A DNA stretch of 64,000 bases from Nitrospinaceae bacterium (GTDB lineage: Bacteria; Nitrospinota; Nitrospinia; Nitrospinales; Nitrospinaceae): positions 1,856,001-1,920,000 of the forward strand of contig OZ250172.1 in assembly GCA_965237905.1 (NCBI GenBank), read 5' to 3'. The notes under the pieces were generated by a model that did not search any database, had not been told where the DNA came from, and was given only the letters and a program-made list of their open reading frames with translations. The stretch's first letter is position 1. Each line of letters starts with the position of its first letter. Below, one piece after another: positions 27,593 through 38,368 of the stretch. The position numbers and the translations under genes are program-made.

Positions 27593-28318
27593 TTACTTGT
27601 AAATCGATACGCTGATGGCGCCGCCCAGTTGGCCTTCCAAGCCGGGCATCTTGCTGGCGTGAATCTTGGCGCCGGCTTTACCTCCGTGGCAACCCATACA
27701 ACCCTTCTTGTAATACTCAGGCGAAATCAAGCGGAACGCTTTTTTGCCATTGTGCTTGGACACCTGGGAGAAAGATTTCCCCTTTTTCCAGCCTTTTTTC
27801 AGAAATTTCCCATCGATAACGCCTTTTTCCCAGGCATCGGCTTTGTTGGAAGCGTTCACCAGGTATTCATCGCGTGTGGTGAGTTTCAGGGTCATGTGGC
27901 CTCCCGAAACCTGGCCGAACTTGGCCGCCGCTTTCCGGGCAAAGATAGCCGGTAGAAAACGCCCCTGCGGGTCCAGCGCCGTGTCTTTGCCGCTGACCAC
28001 GTCACCAACTACCTGTTCGATGGCCTTGATCAGCTGATCCTGGGCCTTGCCTACATTGCCACTACCCTTCTTGAACTTTTTGCCGGTGGCTTTTTCGTAG
28101 TTGTTGTAAGTGATCGACAGAAACTTATCGACGTCGATACCGGCTCCCTTGGGATTCTTAATCAGAGGTTTGTTTTGAACCAAAACCGCGCGGGATGCTT
28201 TGAGTAGAGTGGTGAGCTCATTGGCGACGGCTTCGTCTTCACCGGACCACGCAGGCGTGACCCCTAAACCCATGACAAAACCTAGTAGAATTACGAATGA
28301 AACGAACTTGTTGGTCAT
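27593..28318 (-). CDS. Periplasmic c-type heme protein, DUF3365/Tll0287-like
   Basis: GGGGGG RBS; signal peptide; NKADAWE and FRLISPEYY motifs; CMGCH heme motif; GGAISV C-terminus. Confidence 0.8.
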   Translation of the reverse strand: MTNKFVSFVILLGFVMGLGVTPAWSGEDEAVANELTTLLKASRAVLVQNKPLIKNPKGAGIDVDKFLSITYNNYEKATGKKFKKGSGNVGKAQDQLIKAIEQVVGDVVSGKDTALDPQGRFLPAIFARKAAAKFGQVSGGHMTLKLTTRDEYLVNASNKADAWEKGVIDGKFLKKGWKKGKSFSQVSKHNGKKAFRLISPEYYKKGCMGCHGGKAGAKIHASKMPGLEGQLGGAISVSIYK

Positions 28319-28476
28319 ACAATACCCCCCTTCATTCAGGTTATAAGGCATGAGACGAACAGCTCTATCTGGAAGGACGATCGAATAATGAATCAATCCT
28401 ACGTGTTTGGCAACGACTATTTTGCCCCTCTATTTTAGCAAGCCTATTTTCAAAGTTTTCTGCGCGGGCTCACGGT

Positions 28477-28505
28477 TTGACACGCCTGATAAAAGGTGAT
28501 TTAAT
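28477..28505 (+). promoter_or_regulatory. Sigma70-type promoter for tRNA-Leu/tig
   Basis: TTGACA-17 nt-TTTAAT. Confidence 0.65.
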
Positions 28506-28521
28506 CGATGCCTCAATATAC

Positions 28522-28601
28522 GCGAGGGTGGCGGAACTGGCAGACGCGCTGGTTTTAGGAACCAGTGGGCAACCGTGGGGGTTCGAATCCCCCCCTTCGC
28601 A
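28522..28601 (+). tRNA. tRNA-Leu(TAG); CCA not encoded
   Basis: Acceptor stem GCGAGGG/CCTTCGC-A; D-loop TGGCAGAC; anticodon arm CTGGT-TTTAGGA-ACCAG; variable arm; GGTTCGAATCC. Confidence 0.95.
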
Positions 28602-28634
28602 TAGGCAAATTAAACCTATAAAATACAAATACTT

Positions 28635-29972
28635 ATGAAATGTGAAGTCGAGGAAATTGACGCCTGCAACCGCAAGCTGAAGATCGAAATTCCGCTGGGC
28701 GATTACCAGTCCAAGCTCAAGGCCTACTATCAAAAGCTGGGCCGCGAGGTGAAGGTTCCCGGATTCCGCCCCGGCAAGGTGCCGGCGTCTATCATGGAAA
28801 AGCGCTTCGGGCCGGAGGTCAAACAGGAGGTGCTGACGCAGATGGTTTCGGACAGTATCAGCCAGGGCATCCAGGACAACAAATTGCGGGCAATGGGCGA
28901 CCCGTCCATCGTCGAGATCAATGCCGAAGAGGGTACGGACATCAATGTGACCGCCAACGTCGAGGTCCTTCCAGATATAGAGATCAATGATTACAAAGAT
29001 TTGGAAGTCAGCCTGAAAATTCCCAAAATCACCGATGAGGATGTCGACAAGATGATCGAGGCCTACCGCCAGCAGAAGGCAGAATCCGTCCAAGTGACCG
29101 ACCGTGCCTCGCAGAAGGATGACCTCATCAAAATCAATTTCGATTGCTCCGTCGACGGCCAGCCCATCGAGGAGGGTTCCGCCAAGGATTACGTTATCCA
29201 AATCGGTGCCAAGAATCTGGTCGAGGGATTTGACGAACAGGTCACCGGCATGCAATTGGACGAGGAGCGGACCTTTCAGCTAGCCATGCCGAAGGACCAC
29301 CCCAATGCCGCCATCGGTGGTAAGGAAGTCGAGTTCAAGGTACTCCTGACAGGAATTCAGATCAAGGAGTTGCCGGAGGTGAACGACGAGTTCGCTCAGA
29401 CCGCCGACCCGAAGAAGGTCTATAACAATGTCGAGGAAATGCGCCAGGGCATTCGCGACGATTTGTTGGCCTACGAGCGCACTCAGGCCAAAAAAGCCTC
29501 CCGCAAGGAAATGGAGGAGAAGCTGGGCGAGGCCAATCCCATCAATATTCCGGAAAAGCTGGTGAAGGAGCAGATTGCCTTCATGGTGAACAAGGAGCAA
29601 CAGGCCGCCACCGGCAATCCGGTGGATACTTCAGCGGAAGGCGCCCAGACTGCGGACACGATCACTCCTGAAGATGAGAAAAAGCACCGCGAGGCAGCCA
29701 TCAAAATTCTCCAGCAGGAGCTGGTCATCGGGCAGTTGTCCGACGATTTCAACATGGAAGTCAGCGAACAGGATCTCAACCGGGAGATGGCAAGCTTTGC
29801 GCAGATTATGGGAAGCGACCTGAAGAAGCTGAAAAAGGAATGGTCCGAGTCCGGAGCCCTGTTGAGATTGCATTCCCGGATGCGGCGCGAGAAAACCCTG
29901 GACCGGTTGATCGATCAGGTGAAGGTCACCGAAGAAATGGTTGACAGAAGTGAGTTGGAAGTCAATAATTAA
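28635..29972 (+). CDS. tig: Trigger factor
   Basis: VPGFRPGKVP ribosome-binding motif; FKBP domain; upstream of clpPX. Confidence 0.95.
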   Translation: MKCEVEEIDACNRKLKIEIPLGDYQSKLKAYYQKLGREVKVPGFRPGKVPASIMEKRFGPEVKQEVLTQMVSDSISQGIQDNKLRAMGDPSIVEINAEEGTDINVTANVEVLPDIEINDYKDLEVSLKIPKITDEDVDKMIEAYRQQKAESVQVTDRASQKDDLIKINFDCSVDGQPIEEGSAKDYVIQIGAKNLVEGFDEQVTGMQLDEERTFQLAMPKDHPNAAIGGKEVEFKVLLTGIQIKELPEVNDEFAQTADPKKVYNNVEEMRQGIRDDLLAYERTQAKKASRKEMEEKLGEANPINIPEKLVKEQIAFMVNKEQQAATGNPVDTSAEGAQTADTITPEDEKKHREAAIKILQQELVIGQLSDDFNMEVSEQDLNREMASFAQIMGSDLKKLKKEWSESGALLRLHSRMRREKTLDRLIDQVKVTEEMVDRSELEVNN

Positions 29973-30097
29973 AGAAGATACCGATTTATCGACCGGCTAG
30001 CCAGGCTTGCCATACCACCTGTTTCCGGTGCGTGGTGCCGGATTTTTGAACAGGCCCAATCTGATCCTACCATCCTTTACAGAAAGCGAACAATTAG

Positions 30098-30754
30098 ATG
30101 ACAAGTAGCGAGACTTACAATTCGATTACGAACCAACTGGTACCGATCGTGGTCGAGCAGACCAGCCGCGGCGAACGATCTTACGATATCTATTCCCGCC
30201 TGCTGAAGGACCGCATTATTTTCATAGGAACGCAGGTGGAAGACCACATGGCCAACCTGATCATCGCACAATTGCTGTTTCTGGAATCTGACGAACCGGA
30301 TCAGGACATTTATCTTTACATCAATAGCCCCGGCGGGCACGTTTCTTCCGGGCTGGCGATTTATGATACCATGCAGTATATCAAGCCGGATGTGCAGACC
30401 ATCTGCCTGGGGCAGGCCGCCAGTATGGGCGCTCTGTTGCTGGCCGCCGGTGCCAAGGGGAAACGCTATACCCTGCCCAATTCGCGAATCATGATTCACC
30501 AACCGTCCGGCGGATTTCAGGGCCAAAGTACCGATATCCAGATCCAGGCCAAGGAAATTTTAATGATACGGGAGAGACTGGATGACATCTTGTCCAAGCA
30601 TACCGGTCAGTCCAAGGACAAGGTCCGTGTGGATACGGAACGGGATAATTTCATGACCGGCGAAGAAGCCAAAGAATACGGTCTCATCGATAGTGTGATC
30701 GCTAACCGTATCGAAGCGCACAAGGGTAGTAAAGACAAGAAAGATAAAAAATAA
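30098..30754 (+). CDS. clpP: ATP-dependent Clp protease proteolytic subunit
   Basis: [26 protein letters not shown] and RIMIHQP motifs. Confidence 0.98.
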   Translation: MTSSETYNSITNQLVPIVVEQTSRGERSYDIYSRLLKDRIIFIGTQVEDHMANLIIAQLLFLESDEPDQDIYLYINSPGGHVSSGLAIYDTMQYIKPDVQTICLGQAASMGALLLAAGAKGKRYTLPNSRIMIHQPSGGFQGQSTDIQIQAKEILMIRERLDDILSKHTGQSKDKVRVDTERDNFMTGEEAKEYGLIDSVIANRIEAHKGSKDKKDKK

Positions 30755-30803
30755 AATCCATCAACCGATTGGACGGGACATCCCAATACAATTGGAGGAC
30801 TGA

Positions 30804-32051
30804 ATGGCAAAGAAAAGTTCTGCTTCTGGAAATTACCGTTGTTCTTTCTGTGGCAAAAGCCAGGAGGAAGTTAAAAAGCTGATCGCGGGCCCCACGGTTT
30901 ACATCTGTGACGAGTGTATCGAGCTGTGTAATGAAATCATGGTGGAGGAGTGGGCTCAGGAAAAGAGCGAAGACTTCAAACACCTGCTCAAACCCAAGGA
31001 GATTTTCAAGCACCTCGACCAGTACATCATCAGCCAGGAGCGGTGCAAAAAGATTTTATCTGTTGCCGTTCACAACCATTTCAAGCGGGTCGATTCCAAT
31101 GTCGACCTGGAAGATGTCGAACTGCAGAAAAGCAATGTTCTGCTGATTGGCCCCACCGGTTCCGGGAAAACGCTGATGGCTCAAACCCTGGCCAAAATCC
31201 TCGACGTGCCGTTTACCATCGTCGATGCCACCACGCTGACTGAAGCCGGTTATGTGGGTGAAGATGTCGAAAACATCATTCTCAAACTTCTGCAGGCGGC
31301 GGATTACGATGTGGAGAAGGCCGAGCGCGGCATCATCTATATCGATGAAGTGGATAAGATCAGCAGAAAATCTGAAAATCCGTCGATCACCCGCGACGTG
31401 TCCGGCGAGGGTGTGCAACAAGCCTTACTGAAGATCATCGAAGGCACCCAGGCGAGTGTGCCTCCGCAAGGCGGCCGCAAACATCCACATCAGGAGTTCC
31501 TGCAGGTCAATACCACCAACATCCTGTTCGTCTGCGGCGGCGCTTTCGTGGGCCTGGATAAAATCATCCGCAACCGTATCGGTAAAAAAATGCTGGGATT
31601 CGGACAGGAGCTGGTTACCAAGGAATCCAAGGATATATCTGAAACTCTGGCACAGGTGGAGCCGGAAGATCTGCTCAAATACGGACTCATCCCGGAATTC
31701 GTGGGACGCCTTTCCATCACCGCCACCTTGAGCGAACTCGACGTGGAGGGCTTGGTGAAAGTGCTGACGGAACCGAAGAACGCGCTGGTCAAGCAGTACA
31801 AGAAGCTGTTCGAATTTGAAAACGTGAAGTTGAAATTTACTGACGGTGCTATCCGCGCAGTCGCCGAAAAAGCCTTCAAGCGCAAAACCGGTGCGCGCGG
31901 TCTCCGATCCATCCTCGAAGATATCATGCTGGATATCATGTACGACCTGCCCTCGAGTGAAGATGTCGAGGAAGTCGCCATCAACGAAGAGGTCATCAAC
32001 AAGAGAGAACAACCGCTCCTGGTCTACGCCAACCAGCAACAAGCGAGCTGA
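30804..32051 (+). CDS. clpX: Clp protease ATP-binding subunit ClpX
   Basis: CSFCGK zinc finger; [25 protein letters not shown]. Confidence 0.98.
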   Translation: MAKKSSASGNYRCSFCGKSQEEVKKLIAGPTVYICDECIELCNEIMVEEWAQEKSEDFKHLLKPKEIFKHLDQYIISQERCKKILSVAVHNHFKRVDSNVDLEDVELQKSNVLLIGPTGSGKTLMAQTLAKILDVPFTIVDATTLTEAGYVGEDVENIILKLLQAADYDVEKAERGIIYIDEVDKISRKSENPSITRDVSGEGVQQALLKIIEGTQASVPPQGGRKHPHQEFLQVNTTNILFVCGGAFVGLDKIIRNRIGKKMLGFGQELVTKESKDISETLAQVEPEDLLKYGLIPEFVGRLSITATLSELDVEGLVKVLTEPKNALVKQYKKLFEFENVKLKFTDGAIRAVAEKAFKRKTGARGLRSILEDIMLDIMYDLPSSEDVEEVAINEEVINKREQPLLVYANQQQAS

Positions 32052-32053
32052 TT

Positions 32054-34468
32054 ATGAGTGCAGAACGTCTGGTGCTTCCCCTCGTCCCGCTCCGGGATAT
32101 CGTGGTGTTCCCTTTCATGGTCATTCCTTTGTTTGTCGGACGGGAGAAGTCCGTCCGCGCGTTGGAAAAAGCCATGGCGGAGCAGAAAAGCGTTTTTCTT
32201 TCCGCCCAACGCCATGCCAATACGAACGATCCCAAACCCAGCGACATTTATGAAACGGGAACCTTCGCGAATATTCTGCAAATTCTGAAACTCACCGATG
32301 GCACCATGAAGGTGCTGGTGGAAGGGATGCAGAGAGGGCGTATCATTGGGTTCGAGGAAAACTCCAATTACTATGAAGTGGAAGTCGCCCGTATTGAGGA
32401 AAACGTCCAGGTCACTCCGGAGCTCAAAGCGCTGATGCGCAGTATCGAAGGCCAGTTCGAGCAATACGCCAAGCTCAACCAGAAAATCCCTCTGGAATCC
32501 ATTACGGCTATCTCCAATATCACCGAGCCGCACCGTTTCGCCGACACCATCGCATCCTACATGGTGTTTCAAACCGGCGAGAAGCAGGACATGCTGGACA
32601 CGTTCAGTCCCGAAGACCGCCTGAACAAAATCATCACCAGCCTGAAATCGGAAATGGAAATTCTCAAGATCGAAAAGCGGGTGCACGGTCGTGTGCGCAA
32701 GCAGATGGAGCGCAGTCAGAAAGAGTTTTATCTGAATGAGCAGATGAAGGCCATCCAGAAGGAACTGGGCAAGCGCGACGAATTCAAGTCCGACATCGAC
32801 GAGCTGACGGCGAAAATCAAAAAAGCCAAGATGCCGAAAGATGTCAACGAAAAGGCGGATAAGGAATTGCGGCGTCTCGAAGGCATGCAACCCATGTCCG
32901 CTGAAGCAACGGTCGTTCGTAATTACATCGACTGGTTGGTCGATCTGCCTTGGAAGAAAGGCCCTGGTTCCGACAAGGTTAACCTGAAGCAGGCGCAAAA
33001 AATTCTGGACGACGACCATTACGGTCTGGAAAAAGTCAAAGAACGCATCGTCGAACATTTGGCTGTCATGAAACTGGTAAAAAACATGAAAGGACCCATT
33101 CTGTGTCTGGTGGGTCCTCCGGGTGTGGGTAAAACCTCTCTGGGCAAATCCGTCGCCCGCGCGACAGGGCGCAAGTTCGTGCGCATCTCCCTGGGCGGCG
33201 TGCGCGACGAAGCGGAAATCCGCGGTCATCGCCGCACTTACATCGGCGCCCTGCCCGGAAAAATTATCCAGGGCATGAAAAAAGCCGGAACGCTCAACCC
33301 GGTGTTCCTGCTCGACGAAGTGGACAAGATGAGTATGGACTTCCGCGGCGATCCCTCTTCGGCTCTGCTCGAGGTGCTCGATCCGGAACAGAACAGCAAC
33401 TTCAACGATCATTTTCTGGAAATCGACTACGATCTGTCGCAGGTGTTATTCATCTGCACCGCCAATGTCCTGCACACCATCCCACAGCCATTACAGGATC
33501 GCATGGAGATCATCCGCCTACCCGGTTACACCGAGGAGGAAAAACTGTCCATCGCCACTAAATTTCTGGTGCCCAAAAAACTGAAGGAACACGGCCTCAC
33601 CACTCGCAACCTGAAGATTGGCAAAACCATTCTTCAGGCAGTCATCCAAGAATACACGCGGGAGGCAGGGGTGCGCAGTCTCGAACGCGAAATCGGCACA
33701 CTCTGTCGGAAAACTGCGACCCAGGTGGTTGAGAAAGGCAAGAAAACGTCCATCGATTTAAAACCGGCCAGACTGAACAAGTATCTGGGCGTTTCCAAGT
33801 TTTCGAAAAATGCGGAACGCGCGGAATCGGAAGTGGGTGTGGCCACTGGCCTGGCGTGGACGGAGTTCGGTGGCGAATTGCTCAACATAGAAGTCATCAC
33901 CACTCCCGGCACGGGCAAGGTGTCATTGACCGGCAAACTCGGTGACGTCATGAAAGAGTCGGCTCAGGCCGCGCTCAGTTATGTGCGTCAGCGGTCGGCG
34001 GAGTTGGGCTTGCCCAAAAACTTTTATCAGAAGGTGGACCTGCACATGCACATTCCCGAAGGCGCCATCCCAAAAGATGGCCCCTCGGCGGGCATCACCA
34101 TCGCTGTGGCGATCATCTCCGCGTTGACGGGGAATCCGGTGCGCCGGGATATTACCATGACGGGTGAGGTGACTCTGACCGGCAAGGTTTTGCCTATCGG
34201 CGGTCTGAAAGAGAAAGCCCTGGCGGCGCACCGTGTGAAGATTGCAAACATCATCATCCCGAAGGACAACGAAAAAGACGTGTCGGAAATTCCGGAGAAC
34301 GTTCGCAAGAAGATCAAGTTCATCGCAGTGGAATCGATGGACGAAGTGATCAAGCACAGTTTCAAGCAGAAGTTCAGCCTCGAGAAAACGAAGAAGGCCG
34401 CCCTAAAAACCGCAAAGCCGAGCAAAACGAGTACCACACGCCGCCCCTCCGTCTCTCACTTGAATTAG
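32054..34468 (+). CDS. lon: Lon protease
   Basis: [27 protein letters not shown] and PIGGLKEK motifs. Confidence 0.98.
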   Translation: MSAERLVLPLVPLRDIVVFPFMVIPLFVGREKSVRALEKAMAEQKSVFLSAQRHANTNDPKPSDIYETGTFANILQILKLTDGTMKVLVEGMQRGRIIGFEENSNYYEVEVARIEENVQVTPELKALMRSIEGQFEQYAKLNQKIPLESITAISNITEPHRFADTIASYMVFQTGEKQDMLDTFSPEDRLNKIITSLKSEMEILKIEKRVHGRVRKQMERSQKEFYLNEQMKAIQKELGKRDEFKSDIDELTAKIKKAKMPKDVNEKADKELRRLEGMQPMSAEATVVRNYIDWLVDLPWKKGPGSDKVNLKQAQKILDDDHYGLEKVKERIVEHLAVMKLVKNMKGPILCLVGPPGVGKTSLGKSVARATGRKFVRISLGGVRDEAEIRGHRRTYIGALPGKIIQGMKKAGTLNPVFLLDEVDKMSMDFRGDPSSALLEVLDPEQNSNFNDHFLEIDYDLSQVLFICTANVLHTIPQPLQDRMEIIRLPGYTEEEKLSIATKFLVPKKLKEHGLTTRNLKIGKTILQAVIQEYTREAGVRSLEREIGTLCRKTATQVVEKGKKTSIDLKPARLNKYLGVSKFSKNAERAESEVGVATGLAWTEFGGELLNIEVITTPGTGKVSLTGKLGDVMKESAQAALSYVRQRSAELGLPKNFYQKVDLHMHIPEGAIPKDGPSAGITIAVAIISALTGNPVRRDITMTGEVTLTGKVLPIGGLKEKALAAHRVKIANIIIPKDNEKDVSEIPENVRKKIKFIAVESMDEVIKHSFKQKFSLEKTKKAALKTAKPSKTSTTRRPSVSHLN

Positions 34469-34519
34469 CACTCTCATTTGCTAAAAGAATTCTTAACCCT
34501 CTAATCGGATTGATTACTA

Positions 34520-35058
34520 ATGTTAAGTCCCTGGCATGATGTGGAGTTGGGTAATGACCGCCCGGAAATTTTCCCGGCATCATCGAAGTCCCCAAAGGCT
34601 CCAAGACCAAATACGAACTGGACAAGGCGACCGGCATGATCCGCGTCGACCGTATCCTATACAGCTCCGTGCAGTACCCCGCCAACTACGGCTTTATTCC
34701 CCGCACCTATTGCGAAGATCACGATCCGCTCGACGTTCTTGTGCTCGGACAGGAACCGGTGGTGCCGCTTTCCATCATGCGGGCGAAGCCTATCGGTCTG
34801 ATGAAAATGATCGATCACGGTGAGGCCGACGACAAGATCATTGCCGTGCACGCTGACGATCCAGAGTATGCGCATTATGAACTGATGAGCGAACTGCCGC
34901 CGCATCGCATGATGGAAGTGAAACGGTTCTTCGAGGATTACAAGGAGTTGGAGGACAAAAAAGTCGTGGTCGAAGACTTCTTCGGCAAAAAGGAAGCCCT
35001 CGAAACCATCGCCGCCGCCATGGTCCTCTACCAAAAAGAATTCGGCAATAAAAAGTGA
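34520..35058 (+). pseudogene. ppa: Inorganic pyrophosphatase (family I) with a -1 frameshift near 34570-34579 (sequencing error, pseudogene or recoding)
   Basis: ATG 34520 gives [19 protein letters not shown]. The conserved [16 protein letters not shown]...[16 protein letters not shown] continues only in the -1 frame. Confidence 0.8.
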
Positions 35059-35087
35059 AATAGGAATTAATTTTTGGGAATTTAAAT

Positions 35088-35762
35088 ATGCCGGGACACT
35101 TATATTTGTTTTTAGACGAAGGCGGCAACTTGGATTTTTCAGCTTCCGGAACAAAGTATTTTACTCTGACCAGTGTGACCATGATCCGTCCCTTTCATAT
35201 GGCCGACCCGCTGGATGAATTGAAATACGATTTAATCGAATTGGGATTGGAAATTGAATATTTTCACGCTTCAGAGGATAAACAAAAGGTGAGAGATAAG
35301 ATTTTTGACATTATAAAAAATCATTTGAATCATATTCAAATCGATTCCCTAATTGTCGAAAAAAGGAAAACCGGTCCCGCTTTAACAAGCGAAGCCCAAT
35401 TTTATCCAAGAATGCTTGGATATTTATTAAAATATCCTTTGACCCATCAGGTTTTTGGGAAATATAGAGCGGAAGATTTTGACGAGGTGATTATCGTTAC
35501 GGACGCTATTCCGGTCAAAAGGAAAAAAGCGGTGGTCGAAAAAGCCATCAAATATTACTTAAAATCACTACCGCAGAAAACTCAATACCGGATCATGCAC
35601 CATTCGTCAAAATCCAGCATGGAACTCCAAGTCGCAGATTATTGCAATTGGGCGATTTTCAGGAAATGGGAAAGAAACGATACCCGGTCATACGATTTGA
35701 TCAAGGGTGGGATCAAGAGCGAATTTGATATTTTCAGGACTGGAACTAGTAATTACTACTAA
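35088..35762 (+). CDS. DUF3800-family protein (RNase H-like fold)
   Basis: N-terminal LFLDEGG, YFHAS and C-terminal LQVADY (QxAD) motifs; AT-rich relative to its flanks. Confidence 0.82.
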   Translation: MPGHLYLFLDEGGNLDFSASGTKYFTLTSVTMIRPFHMADPLDELKYDLIELGLEIEYFHASEDKQKVRDKIFDIIKNHLNHIQIDSLIVEKRKTGPALTSEAQFYPRMLGYLLKYPLTHQVFGKYRAEDFDEVIIVTDAIPVKRKKAVVEKAIKYYLKSLPQKTQYRIMHHSSKSSMELQVADYCNWAIFRKWERNDTRSYDLIKGGIKSEFDIFRTGTSNYY

Positions 35763-35763
35763 A

Positions 35764-35845
35764 AAAATGACCTCCCGAGCTATCCTTCAAGAGGAAGAAC
35801 CCCATGGGTTCTTTTCGCAAGGGAGGAACCTTTTCATATTTTCTT
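35764..35845 (+). ncRNA. Candidate structured RNA directly downstream of the DUF3800 gene
   Basis: CCTCCC(35771)/GGGAGG(35821) closing stem enclosing TCCT/AGGA and AGAACCC/GGGTTCT hairpins; outer ATGA/TCAT pairing. Confidence 0.6.
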
Positions 35846-36054
35846 TTCTAATATCAATTTATCTTCAATTTAACAATTTGTCAAATTTTGACAAATAGAT
35901 TAATTTGTTAAACCTTATATTTATTCCCTTCATATATATTTAATTTATCAGGGATCGAAAGTTGTAACCTGATACTTTAAAAGGGATTACCCGCTTTCAA
36001 GGAAAAGTGTTTTGGCAACTTTTTTATATGGTTCTTATTGCTAAACCTGTTCGG

Positions 36055-36888
36055 CTACATTTCCCAGCGGGATGGGAGGGGGGCTTCGGTGTCTTCCTTC
36101 ATGGCCATGACCACGCGCGGCTCGTTGGCCATACGGTTTTTGATGACGGCCAACAGGGTGACGCTGTCGGACAGGAAGGCATCTTTATTGGATTCGTCCA
36201 CCTTGCGGTCCCACAAACCTTTATAGAGATCAATCAACGGTTGGGTTTTCAGGATCAGCTCCTGAATTTCAGAATAGGGCACCTTGCGAGTCGCGTTTTT
36301 CCTCGAAAACTCGGCGTGCTTCAGCCACAGATCGACATCCGCCGGCGCTTCGCCCACCACTTCGGTAAAATGTTCGCGCGCTTTTTCTTTTCCCATTTGA
36401 TCGATGACTCCGTTAACCTTGACGGCCAGATCATTCTGCGGCACACCTTGGGCAGTCCGGCATAAATGCCGCAGGGAGAACACCAGTGTGTTCATGTTGC
36501 TGTCGATTTGCATCCCGTTGTTGGAATGGGGCCTGATCAGTGCCGACCGCTCGAACATACTCCAGGCGCCGCCTTCCCGCTGAACGTATTTGCGCGTTTT
36601 GTCCAGTGGATCGAGCAGGGCCAGGCAGGAGGCGGTATCTTTAACCGGGGATTTTGGAGCGGGTCCGCTGGTGCGCATCAGTGTGTCATACAGATCCTGA
36701 TTGATGGGGATGTGGATCGCGGTTCCGCTTTTGGGCGCCAGGGCGGCGTCTTTGGTGATATCCACCTGCTCGGTTTTGACCCAGGTTTTTTCCCTTTCCG
36801 GCAGGCGCAGAGGTTCTTCTGCCGACTGGTCCGAACCGCAAGCGGTCAATAGTAATAAAGCGATTCCCCCCACCCCTGCTTTCAACAT
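36055..36888 (-). CDS. Hypothetical lipoprotein
   Basis: LLLTAC lipobox; 277-aa ORF. Confidence 0.75.
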   Translation of the reverse strand: MLKAGVGGIALLLLTACGSDQSAEEPLRLPEREKTWVKTEQVDITKDAALAPKSGTAIHIPINQDLYDTLMRTSGPAPKSPVKDTASCLALLDPLDKTRKYVQREGGAWSMFERSALIRPHSNNGMQIDSNMNTLVFSLRHLCRTAQGVPQNDLAVKVNGVIDQMGKEKAREHFTEVVGEAPADVDLWLKHAEFSRKNATRKVPYSEIQELILKTQPLIDLYKGLWDRKVDESNKDAFLSDSVTLLAVIKNRMANEPRVVMAMKEDTEAPLPSRWEM

Positions 36889-36919
36889 AAAAATCTTTTT
36901 TTCATCCTTATATATTTTA

Positions 36920-37246
36920 TTAATGGGTGTAGTGCTTCTTTTGATTGAGCTTCAACAGGTCCTTCACTCTTTGTTTGTCAACACCCGTGTCCTTGCTTCC
37001 AGAACCTTCTTTTTTAGCTCCAAGATGTTTCCGTGCTGGAGCGGGCGCCGCCACCGGGAGGTTGCCTGCATTTCCTTTGCTGGATTTCATTTTTTTTATG
37101 TGTTTTTTGTTCCGCTGATCCAGCGGCACCTTGCTGAGACTGTCGGTAAAATGAATTTTACCGTCCTTATCCGTCCACTTGTACAAGCCCGCAAACGCCG
37201 GTGAAGCCAGCGCCAAACAGACCACAGTGATGATAAAAATTCGCAT
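36920..37246 (-). CDS. DUF4124-domain secreted protein
   Basis: Signal peptide followed by AGLYKWTDKDGKIHFTD. Confidence 0.85.
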   Translation of the reverse strand: MRIFIITVVCLALASPAFAGLYKWTDKDGKIHFTDSLSKVPLDQRNKKHIKKMKSSKGNAGNLPVAAPAPARKHLGAKKEGSGSKDTGVDKQRVKDLLKLNQKKHYTH

Positions 37247-37708
37247 GTGACACCTCACTTTAAGGACCGCCGGGTACCGGCGACCGGTTCACATTCAGCC
37301 AAAGAAGCCACCCCTTTTTATAGAGTGCGCTCCCCCCGTCCCAAAGCGAATGTCTCATTATCTATTAATTTTACAGGAAAAGCCGGGCCCACGCTACTCG
37401 AAGACCCGATAAACCCGGCACGGATTAGGGCCCAGGCACCCAATTGATTGAAAAATAGATCGCTACATGGTTTTTTCGCTGAAGAATTTTTAAAGGTTGG
37501 GCAGGATCAGGGTACGAAAAAGAGACGTGGGTTCGATTAAAGTTTCGTTGCCGCGTGGACCGATAAGGAGGGTGTTGCTATGCAGGTAAAAAAGGATCAC
37601 AGGGGCAAAGTTTTCCCACTATCGCCGAGAAATACAGATGAAGGCGAAACTCCTGAACCCTATTTGATATAAGGGGTTGGACAATTAACCCGGTGTTCCA
37701 GAGAGGGC

Positions 37709-37738
37709 TTGACAACCCCGGTATGGGTTTTGCATAAT
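37709..37738 (+). promoter_or_regulatory. Sigma70-type promoter
   Basis: TTGACA-18 nt-CATAAT upstream of 37777. Confidence 0.6.
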
Positions 37739-37776
37739 CATAGAAAAAACAATACTTTAAAAGGAAGCTCCAGCGT

Positions 37777-38349
37777 ATGACCACTCTCAAGTCCAAGTCG
37801 ATCCGGCTCGTTGCTCTTTTTATGGCAGTCAGTTTTCTGGCCGGTTGTGAGGTCAAGTTCGGTCCGTCCAATTTCTGGGATAAATGGTTCAAGCCCGAAA
37901 CCGATACCGAGTATTACCAGGACAAATCCGAGGATCTGGTGGACACCATCACCCGCGACGTGGAGGAGTACGAGATCAACAAGATCGTGGTGCTGGATCT
38001 GGTGGACGACAAGGACAAGGTGCCCATCCTCGGCCAGTACATGTCCAACCGGGTGGTGGAAGCCATGACGCGCAACAAGACGTTCCGGGTGGCCCAGCGC
38101 GGCGAGGTCGAAGAAACGCTGAACCGGCTGGACCTGAAACATTCCTTCAAATACACCAGCGAGGACATTCAACGCCTCGGCAAGGCAATGAACGCCCAGG
38201 CACTGGTGATGGGCAAACTGCTGGATATCGGCGCGAACATCGACGTGCACATCGCGTTGGTGGATATCGCCAGCGGCGAAGTCATCGCCTCCGCCTCCGA
38301 ACAACTCATCCGCACCCGCTCCGCCGTCGAACTCCTGCGGCACTATTAA
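37777..38349 (+). CDS. FlgO/CsgG-like outer-membrane lipoprotein
   Basis: FLAGC lipobox; IVVLDLVD, RLGKAMNAQALVMG and LVDIASGEVIAS motifs. Confidence 0.75.
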   Translation: MTTLKSKSIRLVALFMAVSFLAGCEVKFGPSNFWDKWFKPETDTEYYQDKSEDLVDTITRDVEEYEINKIVVLDLVDDKDKVPILGQYMSNRVVEAMTRNKTFRVAQRGEVEETLNRLDLKHSFKYTSEDIQRLGKAMNAQALVMGKLLDIGANIDVHIALVDIASGEVIASASEQLIRTRSAVELLRHY

Positions 38350-38368
38350 AAACCAAACTCTATTTTAA

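Noticed and set aside
28522..28634. tRNA-Leu as an integration site
   Set aside because: No integrase and no duplicated tRNA 3' end was seen; tRNA-Leu-tig-clpPX-lon is an ordinary arrangement.
32024..33412. 462-aa minus-strand ORF
   Set aside because: Antisense to lon. Similar shadows occur opposite tig, clpX, argC and the MBL hydrolase.
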